The position numbers and the translations under genes were made by a program. The notes below the pieces were generated by a model that was given only the letters and a program-made list of their open reading frames with translations, made no database searches and was not told the origin of the DNA. From an uncultured Phycisphaerales bacterium (GTDB lineage: Bacteria; Planctomycetota; Phycisphaerae; Tepidisphaerales; Tepidisphaeraceae), in the NCBI GenBank assembly GCA_963758525.1, contig CAVWVQ010000005.1, positions 288,001 to 352,000 on the forward strand: 64,000 nucleotides of DNA, in the 5' to 3' direction. This document shows positions 19,920 through 32,382 of this stretch, one piece after another. Position 1 is the stretch's first letter. Each line of letters opens with the position of its first letter.

Positions 19920-22900
19920 ATGCATCTTAGTAAAATTGATAACGGTCGGGCTCGAGCGCGAAAAACGAAGCTGTGGGATCGCATCGGCGATGCCTCTGCC
20001 GCAGTGGTCGAGGGACTGGAAAAGCGGGTACTGATGTCGGTCAACGTATTGACCTACCGCAATGACCCAAACAGTGACGGGGCTAACAGCAACGAAGTCC
20101 AGCTCAGCTCCGCCAACGTTAAGGTGGGTTCGTTCGGGAAACTCTCGACGACATCCGTGGACGGAAACGTCTATGCCCAGCCGCTGATCGACACTGGCGT
20201 TACGATCGCTACGGGTGTGAATACCACCGCGGGATCCGCGGGGGTGCATGACGTGGCCTATGTGGCGACGGAGAACGATTCGCTCTATGCAATCGATGCG
20301 TCCGTCGGCGGCAAAGGTAAGATACTCTGGCAGCGCAGCTTCCTCGAACAAACCCCCAATGGCAACGTTAATCCGGGCAGCGGCTCGGGTGTGCTCGGCG
20401 ATCAGGACGAATCACTTGCCAACACGACCGTCGTTGACACGCTGACAACCACCGACGTCGGTGTTGCGGACATCAGCCCGACCATCGGAATCACCGGAAC
20501 ACCGGTGATCGATCCAGCGAACAACGCAATCTACCTGGTCGTCAAGACCAAGGAATCGACTGTGGTCAACGGCGTGACCACCACCTACTTCGTGCAGCGA
20601 CTCCACGCCATCAACTTGTCCGATGGCACGGATGTCGTTGCGCCGTATGTGATCGGTACGACAATTGATGTGAAAAGCGGCAACACGGATACATACACGA
20701 ACAACTCGCCGATCTACGTGTACGGTACTGGCGACGGATCGGTGACCGACCCTTATAACGGCACGGGCAAGAAGGTGGTGCAGTTCAACGCCTTACGTGA
20801 GGCGGAACGCCAGGCCCTAAGCCTCGTGAACGGGCAACTCTATGTGAGCTGGGCCTCGCATGGCGACAATGGGCCGTATCATGGCTTCATCGCCCGCTGG
20901 AACGTGTCCGATCTGCAAGGCACTGATTCGGCCGGCGGCTTCCAGCTCAACGGAGTTCTCTGCTCTTCGCCCAACGACGGCGAATCAGGATTCTGGGGCG
21001 GAGGCGGCCGGCTGGTCTTCGAGCCCAATCCCAGTGGTTCAAGCCAGCCCACCAGTGACACCTTCTACGCGTTGACGGGAAACGGAACCGGCGGGGCGCC
21101 GGTCCTGAATGCCCAGGGATTCCCCAGCAACGCCAACTACAACGAAGCTCTCATCAAGGTCCAGCCGGATGCAACGACGAGCCCTGCCAACCAGAATTCC
21201 AATGGCTGGGGGATGAAAATTACCGACTACTTCATTCCCTACAATGTCACCGCGCTCGATGGCGCTGACTCCGATTTCGGCTCGGGCGCACCGCGCTATT
21301 ACCCGATTACGCTGCGGGGACGTCTGAGCCGCAACACCTGATGGTCGTCGGCGGAAAAGAAGGGAAGCTCTACCTGGTCAACCGCGATAACCTCGGTCAT
21401 TTCAGCGCCAATGGCGATAACGTGGTGAACGCCGTCCCCAATGGCTCGGGACAAAATACGCCAGCGACGGTCATCGGCGGCCTGCTGAGCACGCCCACAT
21501 ATTACAACGGGTTTCTCTACGCAGTTCCGGGCTACTCGGGCACCGCTACGCAATACGCGATCAGCTCGACAGGGATTATCTCCGCAGTCTCGCAAGCTCC
21601 CGAGGCGTCGTTCGCATCACTTGGCGGTTCCCCGTCGATATCCTCCAACGGCACCAGCAACGGGATTGTCTGGATATCTGATCGCAACAACAGCCAATTG
21701 ATCGCCTACGATGCGAGCTCGCTGTCCAACGAGTTGTGGAATAGCGGAAAGGCCGCTGGCGGCGCCGATACCCTGGGGGCGCCGACGAAGTTTTCCAATC
21801 CGACCATCGCCAATGGCGAAGTCTATGTCGGCACGGCAAACAGCTTTGTTGTCTACGGGCTCACACCACCTGCATCGGCGCCGCCGTTGGCGCCCACGCT
21901 CAGCGCCGTGACCGTCTCGGGATCCTCGGTTAATCTCAGTTGGACTGATACGACAGCCGCCCCAAATACGGCGAGCCTCTACTACATCTACGAGTCGACG
22001 AATGGAACCGCCGGTCCATTCAATCAGATCACCACGGCTCCCGCCGGAGCCACATCTATTTCAATCGGAGGTCTGAGCGGGCAGACGAGTTACACGTTTG
22101 AAATCCGAGGCTTCAATGGATTTGGCGGCTCCAGCTATTCGCCCTACTCGAACCCCGCCAGCGCACTGACGGGCTCGCAAAATTATACCGTCGACTTCAC
22201 CGGCGGCTTTGCCAATGCTTCCAACGTCCTGCAGTTGAACGGTTCCACTGCCGTTAATTCCACCTCCCTGGAGCTCACCGACGGCGGCGGCTTCGAGGCA
22301 GGAAGCGCCTTCACGAAGAGCGAGGTTGATGTCTCTTCGTTCAACAGCCAGTTCACCTTTAACACCACCGCCAACGAATCATCGGCCGACGGCTTTACGT
22401 TTACCATTCAGAACAGCGCGCAACGGCCCTGGGGATTTCGGGCGCGGGCTTGGGTTACGGCGAGGGCTCTCCGGGCGCAGGCGGGGGCATTCCAAATAGC
22501 GTTGCCGTGAAATTCGATCTGTACGACAACGGGGGGGAGGGAATCAACTCCACCGGGCTGTACCAGGACGGCGCCGCCCCGATCAGCGCGGGCTCGATTG
22601 ACCTGACCCCCAGCGGCATCGATCTGCACAGCGGCGACCCGTTCCAGGTCAACATGAGTTACAGCGACAACACGCTCACTGTGCTGATCACGGATGAGAC
22701 CACCCAGAAAACGGCAACGCAAACTTATACCGTCAACATCCCCCAAGTGATCGGCTCCAATGCCGCGTATATCGGGTTCACCGGCGGAACGGGCGGAATC
22801 ACTTCAACCAACAACATCACCACCTGGCAGTACAACTCCACTACTCCAGTCTCTCCCAACGCGCCTACCGGCCTGGGTTCCGTTCCCGCAACAGCGACTT

Positions 22901-25900
22901 CGGTAACACTGAATTGGAACGCCAACTCCAGCAATCAGACTGGATACCATTTGGACAGGGCGACTGATCCCAATTTCACGCAGAGCTTGATCACCGAGAA
23001 TTTGCCCGCCACGCCCGCTTCGTTTATTGACGGAGCCGCTGGCCTGGCGCCGGGAAGCACTTATTACTACCGCTTGCGCACTTTCAACGGCGCGGGCGAC
23101 TCGGGCAATTCAAACACGGCACAGGTGACGATCCCGCTTGCCCCGGCCAAGCCGACGCTTCAGCAGGTGGATGATGTCACAACCAACGAGATCGATATCA
23201 GCTGGCAGGACAATGCGGGCAACACCGCCCAGGGTTACCATATCTTCAAGGCGGTCAATCACGGTGCGTTCAACCTGGCGGCCTCGCTCCCGCCCACCTC
23301 GCGGCCGGCGACCAGTGAATACGACTGGAGCGACACGAATCTCAGCCCCGGAAATTACTACGAATACCATATCGTGGCGTACAACACCTCCGGCAACAAC
23401 GACTTCGCGGGCGTCAACGCAACGACCATCACCACTCCGCCGACAGGGCTCACCGCCGTCAATTCCAACACCGGCTCGGTCACGCTCAACTGGACGCCTC
23501 CCTCTATCGGAGCGGCGACCTACAACATCTATCGCAGCATGACCAGTGGCGGCGAAGGGGCCACCACACCAATCAAGACTGGCGTCACCGGGACGGTCCA
23601 AAGCAACGGCACTGTCAGCTACTCGGACAGCAGCGGTGTCAACAACACGACTTATTACTACGAAGTGTCGGCGGTCAACGCCAACACCAATATTACGCCC
23701 ACGATTTCCTCTGAGAGCCTGGTCTCCAACGAGGCAAACGTACTCTTCGTCACGCCGCCGGCGAACACCCCGTCAACTCCGACGGCGGTCCCCGGGAATC
23801 AGGCCATCAGCGTGATTTGGCCGACCGTCGCCAATGCCACCAGTTACAGCATCTATCGCTCCACCGCCGCCGGTCAGGAAACGCTGTACCAAAGCAACCT
23901 GCCCGCGACAGGTGGGCAATCCGGCGTCTTCACGGATTTCTCCGTAACCGCGGGCACGACCTATTTCTACAAGGTGTGCGCCAGCAATGGTGGGGGGCCC
24001 AGCGCACTTTCCCCCGAAGCGTCCAGCGTCGCGGTCGGCGCCAGCACGCTGTCGGACTCGGACATCGGAGAGTCCCAGGCCGGATCGATCAATGTCAAAA
24101 ATGGCACGTACACAATCACCGCTGGAGGCCTCGACATCTTCGGAACTGCCGATCAGTTTAATTACGACGCAGGCACGGTTCTTCCAACCAACTCGGTCAT
24201 CGAAACGGAGGTAACCAACATCCAGAACATCACCGCTTACACCAAGGCCGGTGTGATGTATCGCGCCAATAACTCCGATCACAATTACATGGACCCGGGC
24301 GCGGCTGAAGTTTCAATGCTCGCCACGCCGGGCGCCGGCGTGCTGTTCGAATATCGCCTGGGGTATCAGGCATTCACCACGAGCGTGAAGGATATGACGG
24401 TCCCCGCTCCCAGCGCATCGGCCCCAGTTTGGCTCGAAGTCGTGCGCACCGGGAATAATTACAGCGGCTTCTACAGCCTCAATGGCTTGACTTGGGTGCA
24501 GGTCGGGACGGCCACCACCGTCAATCTTGGCAATACTCCGGTTGCCGGAATTGGCGTCACCTCGCACAACAACACGCTGACGGCCACGGCCAGCTTCACC
24601 AACGTCTTGATCCCCTCTGTGGTTAGCCTGCCGGCGGTACCAACAGGCGTAACCGCGATCCCGGGAAGCAGTTCGGTCAGCGTCGTCTTCCCGAACGTTC
24701 CCAAGGCAACCAGCTACAACATCTATCGCTCGACCACCTCCGGCGGAGAAGCGATCTACAAGAGCGGAATCCTCGCCAGTGGTGGGACCTCCACGCTCTT
24801 CACGGATACGAATGTGACCAACGGCACCACGTACTACTACAAGGTCACCGCTCTCAACGCCGCGGGGGAAACCGCCCCGTCAACTGAATCATCGGCGACG
24901 CCCGTGGCGGCGGGCGCTCTGCGGGACGCCGATATCGGCGGGCTCGCCCCGTCTGCCGGGTCCGCGGTCGGCAGCGGAACGATCACGCTCTCCGGTGGTG
25001 GCGCCGACATCTTCGGAAATTCAGACCAGTTCAACTTCGATTCATCCGCCGGAGCCACGGGCAATACGGCCCTGACGACGGAAATCACCAGCCTCTCCAA
25101 TACCAACCCCTTCACCAAGGCCGGCCTCATGCTCCGAAGTGACGGGAGCCCCGGCTCGGCCCAGGTATCTGTGCTGGCCACTCCGGGCAATGGCGTGATG
25201 TTCGAATGGCGCGCGGTTGCTGGAAATGCGTCGGTCAGCGTCAAGGATTCAACCGTTCCGATTCCCACCGCATCCAACCCTGTTTGGCTGCAACTCATTA
25301 GAATCGGAAACAGCTTCAGTGCCTTCTACAGTCTCAACGGCTCGGCATGGGTGCAGGTCGGGACGGCTCAAACCGTCAGCCTGAGCCCGACACCATTGGC
25401 CGGGCTTGCGATCACGTCACATAACACTGGCAAGCTTGCCACCGCCACCTTCACCAATACCTCGATTCCCGGATCAACCGCCGCACCGGCGATTCCCACC
25501 GGCATTACTGCCGTGGCCGCCGGTACGGCCGTAAGCCTGCTCTTCCCCTCCGTCAGCGGTGCGACCAGCTACAACATCTATCGCTCAACCAGCGCAGGTG
25601 GGGAGACACTCTACAAGAGCGGCGTCACGCCCGGTGGTGGCGCCTCGACTCTCTTCACCGACACAGCTGTCACCGCCGGTACGAAGTATTACTACAAGGT
25701 GACCGCCCTGGCTGGCGGAGCCGAAAGCGGGCAGTCCAGCGAGGTCGTTGCCACTCCGACCGCGTTGGGGACGCTCGCCGATGCGGACATTGGCATCGGA
25801 TCCGATCCGGCGGGTAACGCCAGCTTGAGCAATGGGACTTACACCGTCTCGGGCAGCGGCGGCGACATCTTCAACAAGGCTGACGCCTTCAATTTTGACT

Positions 25901-26343
25901 CGACAACGACCACCGGTGACACGACGCTTATTACCAAAGTGACGAGTCTCTCCAGTCCGAGCAACACCAGTTCAGTCGCCAAGGCGGGCGTGATGTTCCG
26001 CGCCAGCTCGGATCCAAAGGCCGCGGAAGTCTCTCTCGTCGCCACTCCGGGCGAAGGGGTCTTCTTCCAGTGGCGATCCACGTACGGCGGAGTGTCCAAC
26101 AGTGTCAAGGTGCTGGGTATCTCCGGACCGACAGCGGCCAAACCGGTCTGGGTGCAACTGGTGCGGACGGGCAGCACGTTCACTGCCTTCTACAGCGCCG
26201 ACGGTGTTTCTTGGATCCAGATCGGCACCCCGCAGACGATCGCGCTCTCCAGCCTGCCCAGCGCGGCGCTGACCGGATTGGCCGTCACTTCCCACAACGA
26301 CAGCCAGCTCGCGACCGCCACGTTTACGAACGTCGTCATGTGA
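19920..26343 (+). CDS. Large secreted/surface protein of about 2140 aa: LEPR-XLL motif, PQQ-like beta-propeller, FN3 repeats, legume-lectin domain, three FN3 + ConA-like modules (frameshifts near 21293 and 22417)
   Basis: GGGAG RBS; VEGLEKRVLMS; VDGNVYAQPL, GITGTPVID, DADSDFGSG-like propeller motifs; SADGFTFTIQ...AVKFD...YIGFTGGTGG lectin motifs; ORFs 19920..21341, 21341..22510 and 22450..26343 join with one added G each. Confidence 0.8.
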
Positions 26344-26394
26344 TCGAGGCAGTCAGCCACAGATCGCGGCCTTGCGCCGCAATCCCAAACTCAC

Positions 26395-26428
26395 AGACCC
26401 CGCCGGATTCCGGCGGGGTCTTTTATTT
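26395..26428 (+). terminator. Intrinsic terminator between convergent genes
   Basis: AGACCCCGCCGGA-T-TCCGGCGGGGTCT inverted repeat followed by TTTATTT. Confidence 0.8.
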
Positions 26429-27517
26429 CGTGGGTGCAACGAACAGTCCGACCGCTCCCGCCGTGATGCAGATCTGTTTGCTCCTCGTATTGCGTGCAAC
26501 AACATTTTTCGCGTACCCGTCAAAGTGCCAGAAAGCGGGATCGCTATTCCCGTCCGCGTTGCCGACATGCACGAGAACCGCGTGCTTGCACCCCTCCACC
26601 GTCATCCCGTCTACCGCAACACCTCGGCTGGCGGCGATTGTCTGTTTGTATGAGCTGCCGTTGGAAACCGAGGAACTGATTTCGATCGCGGAGCCGATCG
26701 CGTTGGTCACGATCAGATTGGAAACGCTGACGTTCAAACTCCCCGCGATACGGCACCCGTTGGAACGCGAATTGGTCGAACGAATGTTGGCGGCAATGGA
26801 ATCGCTGTTCGACCATGCTCCCAGAGACGGCTCGCTGAATGGCCCCTTCCCGGTAGTCGGTCCGTAGTACGTGACGAAGGCGAGTGTGTCGTCCCCTGTG
26901 TTGATGCCGGTTATATCGTCAGCGCGCACACGCCGGCAGGCGTTGAAGTGGAGGCCGTCGGCCAACGTGTTCACAGCCGTGAAATTCCCAACGCTCACGT
27001 CGCTGCAGCCCATGAAGACGGCGCCCGCTTGCGGAGCGCCTTCGACGGTCACGTTGCGCACAACGACGTCCCCAATCTGCTGTGATTCGCTTGGATATCC
27101 GCGCAATTCAATTCCGAATCCGAATCCGCGTTGGCTGGGAAACGTCTTCCATTTCACGTGCGCGTTCAGTACCGCGATGTTCCGCGCCCGCCCTTGGATC
27201 AGAATGCCGTTGCCAGTGCCCAGGCCGTCCCGAAGATTGTCCATCAGAAGCATTGCTCCGGCATCAAACTGAACGGTGAGGTTGCTGACGTTGTCGAACC
27301 TGGCGGCGGTGCCGGGAGTTGCATGCCGATAGATGCCGGCGGGAAAGAGAAGCGTTCCCGATCGGTTGGCGCTCAGAGCCTTTGCTGCGCTCTGAATCGC
27401 CGACCCATCGTCGGCAACTCCGTCACCGACGGCCCCGAATGCGCGGACGTCGAAGACGGCGGCGACTGCCGTTGCCGGAGAGCATGATTCGGTCTGTCGT
27501 GAGTCCGGATCATTCAT
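26423..27517 (-). CDS. Right-handed beta-helix glycoside hydrolase-like protein (paralogue 5, no obvious export signal)
   Basis: FDVRAFGAVGDGVADD (pectate_lyase_3-type N-terminus), TLADGLHFNAC, NTGDDTLAF. Confidence 0.8.
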   Translation of the reverse strand: MNDPDSRQTESCSPATAVAAVFDVRAFGAVGDGVADDGSAIQSAAKALSANRSGTLLFPAGIYRHATPGTAARFDNVSNLTVQFDAGAMLLMDNLRDGLGTGNGILIQGRARNIAVLNAHVKWKTFPSQRGFGFGIELRGYPSESQQIGDVVVRNVTVEGAPQAGAVFMGCSDVSVGNFTAVNTLADGLHFNACRRVRADDITGINTGDDTLAFVTYYGPTTGKGPFSEPSLGAWSNSDSIAANIRSTNSRSNGCRIAGSLNVSVSNLIVTNAIGSAIEISSSVSNGSSYKQTIAASRGVAVDGMTVEGCKHAVLVHVGNADGNSDPAFWHFDGYAKNVVARNTRSKQICITAGAVGLFVAPTK

Positions 27518-27527
27518 CGTGCCCAGT

Positions 27528-29126
27528 TTATAAGAGAGCGGCTGTGATGGGAGCGAGAACCGGCTCGTTCTTCTTTTTCAAGTCTGCTGCCGGCCGTGGT
27601 TTTTTTGCTTTCGTTCTGCGCGGGCGAGCGGGCCGCTTCTTCACCTTTCGTTGATGATGAGCTGGCGACGCCGCGGTTGTCTCTGCCGCGGCGGGAGCGC
27701 CAGGCAGCGAAGAGACGGTTGCAACCGTACCCGTGGCGTTCGCGGCCGCAACAGGAGCAACTGAACTTGTGCTCTGGGTCACGGGAGTAGCGGTCGGGCC
27801 GGACGAACTGCCCGTGGAAGTTGTGCCGCTGGCGGGACTGGAGGTTGTGGTCGGGCTGGGCGCTGTAGTGGTGGAAGTCGCACCCCCGGTGGCGATGGAA
27901 CCCGCTGGTCCGGAAGAGCTGGGAGCGGAAACCGAGCCAACGGGAGCGATATTGAGTCCCAGGGCCCCCTGGGTGATCGCTACCGGAATACTTCGAGTAT
28001 CGCTTGCCGAAATGTTGCTCACCGACGCACCGAATTGCCAGTACGTGGGGTCGTCGCTGTTGCTGGCGTCGCCGCCAACATTTGCAAGAAACGCATGATA
28101 ACAGCCGGAAACCTTCAGCCCGTTGACCACGATGCCTCGGCTGGCGGCATAAGTCCACATATAAGAACTGCCGTTGGCGATCGAGGAGTCGACTTCGAGC
28201 CCAGAGCCTATGGCATTTGACACATTCAGATTGGAGATGCTTACGTTCATGCCTCCGCTGATCCGGCAGCCGTTCGCGTGAGAGTTGGTCGAGTAGATGT
28301 CGGTCGCCGTTGAATTCGAGTCGGACCAGGCGCCCAGGGTGTTCTCGCTGAAAGGCCCGGCTCCTGTGGTCGGACCCTTATAGGTGACGAATGCCAGGGT
28401 GTCGTCGCCGGTGTTGATGCCGGTGATCTGGTCGGCAGTGACATGACGGCAGGCGTTGAAGTGCAGCCCGTCGGCCAACGTGTTCATTGCCGTGAAGTTT
28501 TGCACGGTCACGTCACTGCAACCCATGAAGACGGCGCCGGTTTGCGGCGCCCCTTCAACCGTGATATTTTGAAGGACTGCATCCTCGATCGTTTGCGAGT
28601 CGCTCGGGTACCCGAGGAATTCCAGGCCCGATCCGAAGCCCCGCTGCAAGGGAACTGTCGCCCACTTGATGTGAGCGCCAATTACCGAAACATTCGTCGC
28701 GGGACCTTTGATCAGAATGCCGTGCCCGGTGCCCAGGCCGTCCGCAAGATTATCCATCAGCAGCGTCGACCCGCCGTCAAATTCAATCTTCAGATTGCTG
28801 ATGCCGTCAAAAGTGATGGCAGTGCCCGGCGTGGCGTCGCGATAGGTGCCGGCGGGAAAGAGCAATGTGCCCGAACCATTCTCCACCAGCGCGTTTACGG
28901 CGGCGGTGATCGCCGGCTCGTCATTTGTCTTGCCATCGCCCAGTGCGCCATAAGAACGCACGTCGAAGACAGCTGAGGTCGCGGTCCCCGCCACTGCCGA
29001 AAAGAGGACTCGGGATTCCATCGTTTCGATGGATACCGGAGCGGCAGGTGTGCCCCCTGGCCTCACATTCCGCGAAGCACCCAATCGCCATTTCCGCGTT
29101 TGCGGATGGGTTACAACATTGTCCAT
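27528..29126 (-). CDS. Beta-helix glycoside hydrolase-like protein (paralogue 4) with LEPR-XLL motif and Ser/Thr/Ala-rich plus basic tail
   Basis: IETMESRVLFS, FDVRSYGALGDGKTND, TLADGLHFNAC, NTGDDTLAF. Confidence 0.82.
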   Translation of the reverse strand: MDNVVTHPQTRKWRLGASRNVRPGGTPAAPVSIETMESRVLFSAVAGTATSAVFDVRSYGALGDGKTNDEPAITAAVNALVENGSGTLLFPAGTYRDATPGTAITFDGISNLKIEFDGGSTLLMDNLADGLGTGHGILIKGPATNVSVIGAHIKWATVPLQRGFGSGLEFLGYPSDSQTIEDAVLQNITVEGAPQTGAVFMGCSDVTVQNFTAMNTLADGLHFNACRHVTADQITGINTGDDTLAFVTYKGPTTGAGPFSENTLGAWSDSNSTATDIYSTNSHANGCRISGGMNVSISNLNVSNAIGSGLEVDSSIANGSSYMWTYAASRGIVVNGLKVSGCYHAFLANVGGDASNSDDPTYWQFGASVSNISASDTRSIPVAITQGALGLNIAPVGSVSAPSSSGPAGSIATGGATSTTTAPSPTTTSSPASGTTSTGSSSGPTATPVTQSTSSVAPVAAANATGTVATVSSLPGAPAAAETTAASPAHHQRKVKKRPARPRRTKAKKPRPAADLKKKNEPVLAPITAALL

Positions 29127-29294
29127 GGCTCTTCAATCGGTTCAACAGAGTCCCCGCTTCTCAGCAACTTCCCTCAAAAGCTCGACGCTGAAGGTATTGT
29201 CGGCAATCCGTACGACTGAAGTCGCATAACCCGGAAACTCGCCAGGAATCAGACTTCATTCACTCCACTCCCGAGCGGGTGTCATTCGCTGCCC

Positions 29295-30914
29295 CTATTG
29301 CAGCAGCGTCCGCTCCTCCACTTCCAGCAGCGTGATGGTTCTCCCATGCATGTGCTGGCCGGTCGCTCGGACGCCGGACCGGACCCTTGGGCCGACCTTT
29401 GTTCTCGGCCGCGTCGGGGTCGCCTTAATGATCGTGGCTGAGCCTGACGTTCCCTTGCCACTGATGGTGGCGGCGATCGGCGTTTGGACGACCGACTTCG
29501 AGGAAGGTATCGAGCTCGCGCTGGTAGTGACGCTCTCAACGGTGCCGGGTGAACTGGAGCCGGACGCAGCACTGCCCGCACCCGTAGCAGCCGCTGCCGT
29601 AGAACTGGAGCTGTCATCGGCAACGATAGGAGTGGTCCCGGCACTGGAGCCCGAAGCAGGAGAGCTGGCAACTGCAGGCGCTGAAGCGGAGCTGGCGGCG
29701 GCGCTTGAGCCAACAGGATCGATCACCAGGCCGGTCGCGCCAGGCGTGATGGTAACGGGGGTGCTTCTCGTGCCCTGCGCTACCACGTTGCTGACGGTTC
29801 CGCCAAATGCCCAGAACGTTGGATCGGTGTTGCCGGCGGCATCGCTGACTTCCAGGAGCACGGCGTGATAACAGCCGGTCACGTTCAGCCCATCCACGGT
29901 GACGCCCTTACTGCCGCCGATCGTCCACGAGAAGGTCGTGCCGTTGGCAATCGAAGAACCGATTTCCACGCCGGAGCCGATGGCGTTGATCACCGTGAGG
30001 TTCGATACGCTGACGTTGAGCACACCGGAGATTCGGCAGCCATTCGCATGGGAGTTGGTCGAAGTAATGTTGGTGGCGGTTGAATTGGAGTCTGACCATT
30101 CGCCGAGCGATGGCTCGCTATAGGGTGCGGTGGCGGTGGTTGGGCCGTAATACGTCACAAATGCGAGAGTGTCGTCGCCGGTGTTTACGCCGGTGATGTG
30201 ATCCGCAGTGACGTGACGGCAGGCATTGAAGTGCAGGCCGTCCGCCAGCGTGTTCATTGCGGTGTAATTCTCGACGTTGACGTCGCTGCAACCCATGAAG
30301 ATCGTGCCTGCCTGTGGTGCCCCTTCGATGGTGACGTTCTCCACGGATGCATTTTCGATCGTCTTCGCATCGCTGGGATATCCCTTGAATTCTATGCCGA
30401 AGCCAAAGCTGCGCACGCTGGGCAGCGTCTTCCATTTGATGTGCGCGCCGATCACCGAGTCATTGCTCGCGTGTCCTTGAATCAGGATCCCGTTGCCGGT
30501 GCCGCTGCCTGATTTGAGATTATCCATCAATAGCGTTGCGCCGCCGTCGAACTCAACGGTCAGATTGCTGATACCGTCAAAGCGCACGGCAGAGCCCGGC
30601 GTGGCGTCGCGGTAGGTTCCTGCGGGGAAAAGGAGCGTTCCGGACCCGTGCGCCGACAGCGCCTTTGCTGCCGCGGTGATGGCCGCTTCGTCGTTGGTGA
30701 CCCCATTGCCAGTAGCGCCGTAACTTTTGACGTTGAAGATGACAGGCGTTGGCAGGGCGGCAACAGTGGAAAACAGAGCGCGCGATTCCAGCGTTTCGAT
30801 CGCCGCCCGAAGCAGCGAAATGCTGTGCAACGCGTCAACTTTGCCACGCCTGAGCGACGACGAATTTCGATCCGAGTGAACGAGCGTGACGAGTTTGCTT
30901 ATTGGGGTGAGCAT
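29295..30914 (-). CDS. Beta-helix glycoside hydrolase-like protein (paralogue 3) with LEPR-XLL motif and Ser/Ala/Thr-rich tail
   Basis: IETLESRALFS, FNVKSYGATGNGVTND, TLADGLHFNAC, NTGDDTLAF. Start position uncertain (ATG 30914 chosen). Confidence 0.82.
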   Translation of the reverse strand: MLTPISKLVTLVHSDRNSSSLRRGKVDALHSISLLRAAIETLESRALFSTVAALPTPVIFNVKSYGATGNGVTNDEAAITAAAKALSAHGSGTLLFPAGTYRDATPGSAVRFDGISNLTVEFDGGATLLMDNLKSGSGTGNGILIQGHASNDSVIGAHIKWKTLPSVRSFGFGIEFKGYPSDAKTIENASVENVTIEGAPQAGTIFMGCSDVNVENYTAMNTLADGLHFNACRHVTADHITGVNTGDDTLAFVTYYGPTTATAPYSEPSLGEWSDSNSTATNITSTNSHANGCRISGVLNVSVSNLTVINAIGSGVEIGSSIANGTTFSWTIGGSKGVTVDGLNVTGCYHAVLLEVSDAAGNTDPTFWAFGGTVSNVVAQGTRSTPVTITPGATGLVIDPVGSSAAASSASAPAVASSPASGSSAGTTPIVADDSSSSTAAAATGAGSAASGSSSPGTVESVTTSASSIPSSKSVVQTPIAATISGKGTSGSATIIKATPTRPRTKVGPRVRSGVRATGQHMHGRTITLLEVEERTLLQ

Positions 30915-31069
30915 GCTCTCAAATCGGCACGCCCGAGCCGGCGGACTTGAGCCACGCGCGGAGAAAATTGATTTGTTAAATCTTTGTCGACGATCAATTC
31001 CGCACAAACCGTACAAGGGGCAGGGTCGAGCGGCCGCGGCCGTTGCGCCGGCAAGATCGTGACAGCGAC

Positions 31070-32236
31070 TTACTTGATCGCACTGACGACCACGCCCAGC
31101 GCGCTGGGCGACACTGATACGGCAACGCTTCTGGTCCTGCGCGCCACGACGTTCTTGACAGAACCATCAAACTGCCAGAACGCAGGATCGCTCGCGCGAC
31201 TTCCATTGCCGACATTGACGAGAACCGCGTGTTTGCAGCCTCTGACGGTTACGCCGTTGACGGCAAAGCCACGGCTGGCTCCGCTGGTCCAACTGTACGT
31301 GCTGCCGTTGGCGATAGTGGAATCAATTTCAATCCCGGCTCCAATCGCGTTGACGACATTCAAGTTCGAAATGCTGACATTCAGATCGCCGGTGATTCGA
31401 CAGCCGTTGGCGTGGGAATCGATGGAACGAACATGCGTGGCCGTCGAATTGGAATCCGACCATTCACCCAAAGCGGGCTCACTGAACGGTCCAGCACCGC
31501 TGGTAGCGCCAGCGTAAGTGACAAAGGCGAGCGTGTCGTCGCCGGTGTTCCTCCCGGTGATGTTGCTTGCTGTCACGCGCCTGCAGGCGTTGAAGTGCAG
31601 ACCATCCGCCAGCGTGTTGATCGCCGTGAAATTCTGCACGGTAACATCGCTGCATCCCATGAAGATTGTGCCCGCCTGAGGTGCGGCTTTGATGATTGCA
31701 TTTCGGACGACGGCATTTTCGATCGTTTGTGCATCACTGGGGTATCCGCGAAATTCAATGCCGAATCCAAACCCCCGTTGTGCTGGTACCTTCTTCCATT
31801 TGACGTGCGCGCCGATCACGGCATCGTTGCTTGAGTGGCCCTGGATCAGGATGCCGTCTCCGGTGCCAAGCCCGGCGGTGAGGTTGTCCATAAGCAACGT
31901 GGAGCCGCCCAGAAACCTGATTGTGAGGTTGCTGATGCCATCGAAGCGCACCGCGGTGCCGGGCGTCGCATCACGATAGATGCCCGTGGGGAACAGAAGC
32001 GTCCCCGATCCGTGCGCAGCCAACGCGTCTGCCGCCCGCGTGATTGCGGCTTCGTCGTTGCTGATTCCGTTCCCTCTTGCGCCGAATGCTCTCACATTGA
32101 AAACCGCTGGCGCAGGGGCTCCCACGGTCGCCGGGATCGCCGAGAGCAAGGTTCGTGATTCCAGCGTTTCAATTGTTGACCGGGACAAAACGGCGCGACG
32201 ACGCCTTTTCAATCGACTTCGGTCGTACACGTCCAT
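31070..32236 (-). CDS. Beta-helix glycoside hydrolase-like protein (paralogue 2) with LEPR-XLL motif
   Basis: KRRRRAVLSRSTIETLESRTLLS, FNVRAFGARGNGISND, TLADGLHFNAC, NTGDDTLAF. Confidence 0.82.
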   Translation of the reverse strand: MDVYDRSRLKRRRRAVLSRSTIETLESRTLLSAIPATVGAPAPAVFNVRAFGARGNGISNDEAAITRAADALAAHGSGTLLFPTGIYRDATPGTAVRFDGISNLTIRFLGGSTLLMDNLTAGLGTGDGILIQGHSSNDAVIGAHVKWKKVPAQRGFGFGIEFRGYPSDAQTIENAVVRNAIIKAAPQAGTIFMGCSDVTVQNFTAINTLADGLHFNACRRVTASNITGRNTGDDTLAFVTYAGATSGAGPFSEPALGEWSDSNSTATHVRSIDSHANGCRITGDLNVSISNLNVVNAIGAGIEIDSTIANGSTYSWTSGASRGFAVNGVTVRGCKHAVLVNVGNGSRASDPAFWQFDGSVKNVVARRTRSVAVSVSPSALGVVVSAIK

Positions 32237-32382
32237 GGGTGATCAGTCGTACGCCGCCGACGATCCACAGTTCGCCGCCGCGATGTGCTTCAGCGTCAGT
32301 GTCGCTCGCCTGCCAGAAGCGTGAAGGGGTTGGGTTGGGGGGATGGAGCCCAGTTGTCTTTGAGCATACGCCAGCGCGAAAT

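Noticed and set aside
29295..29340. C-terminal LEVEERTLLQ resembling a second LEPR-XLL motif
   Set aside because: Weak match immediately followed by a stop; probably coincidence.
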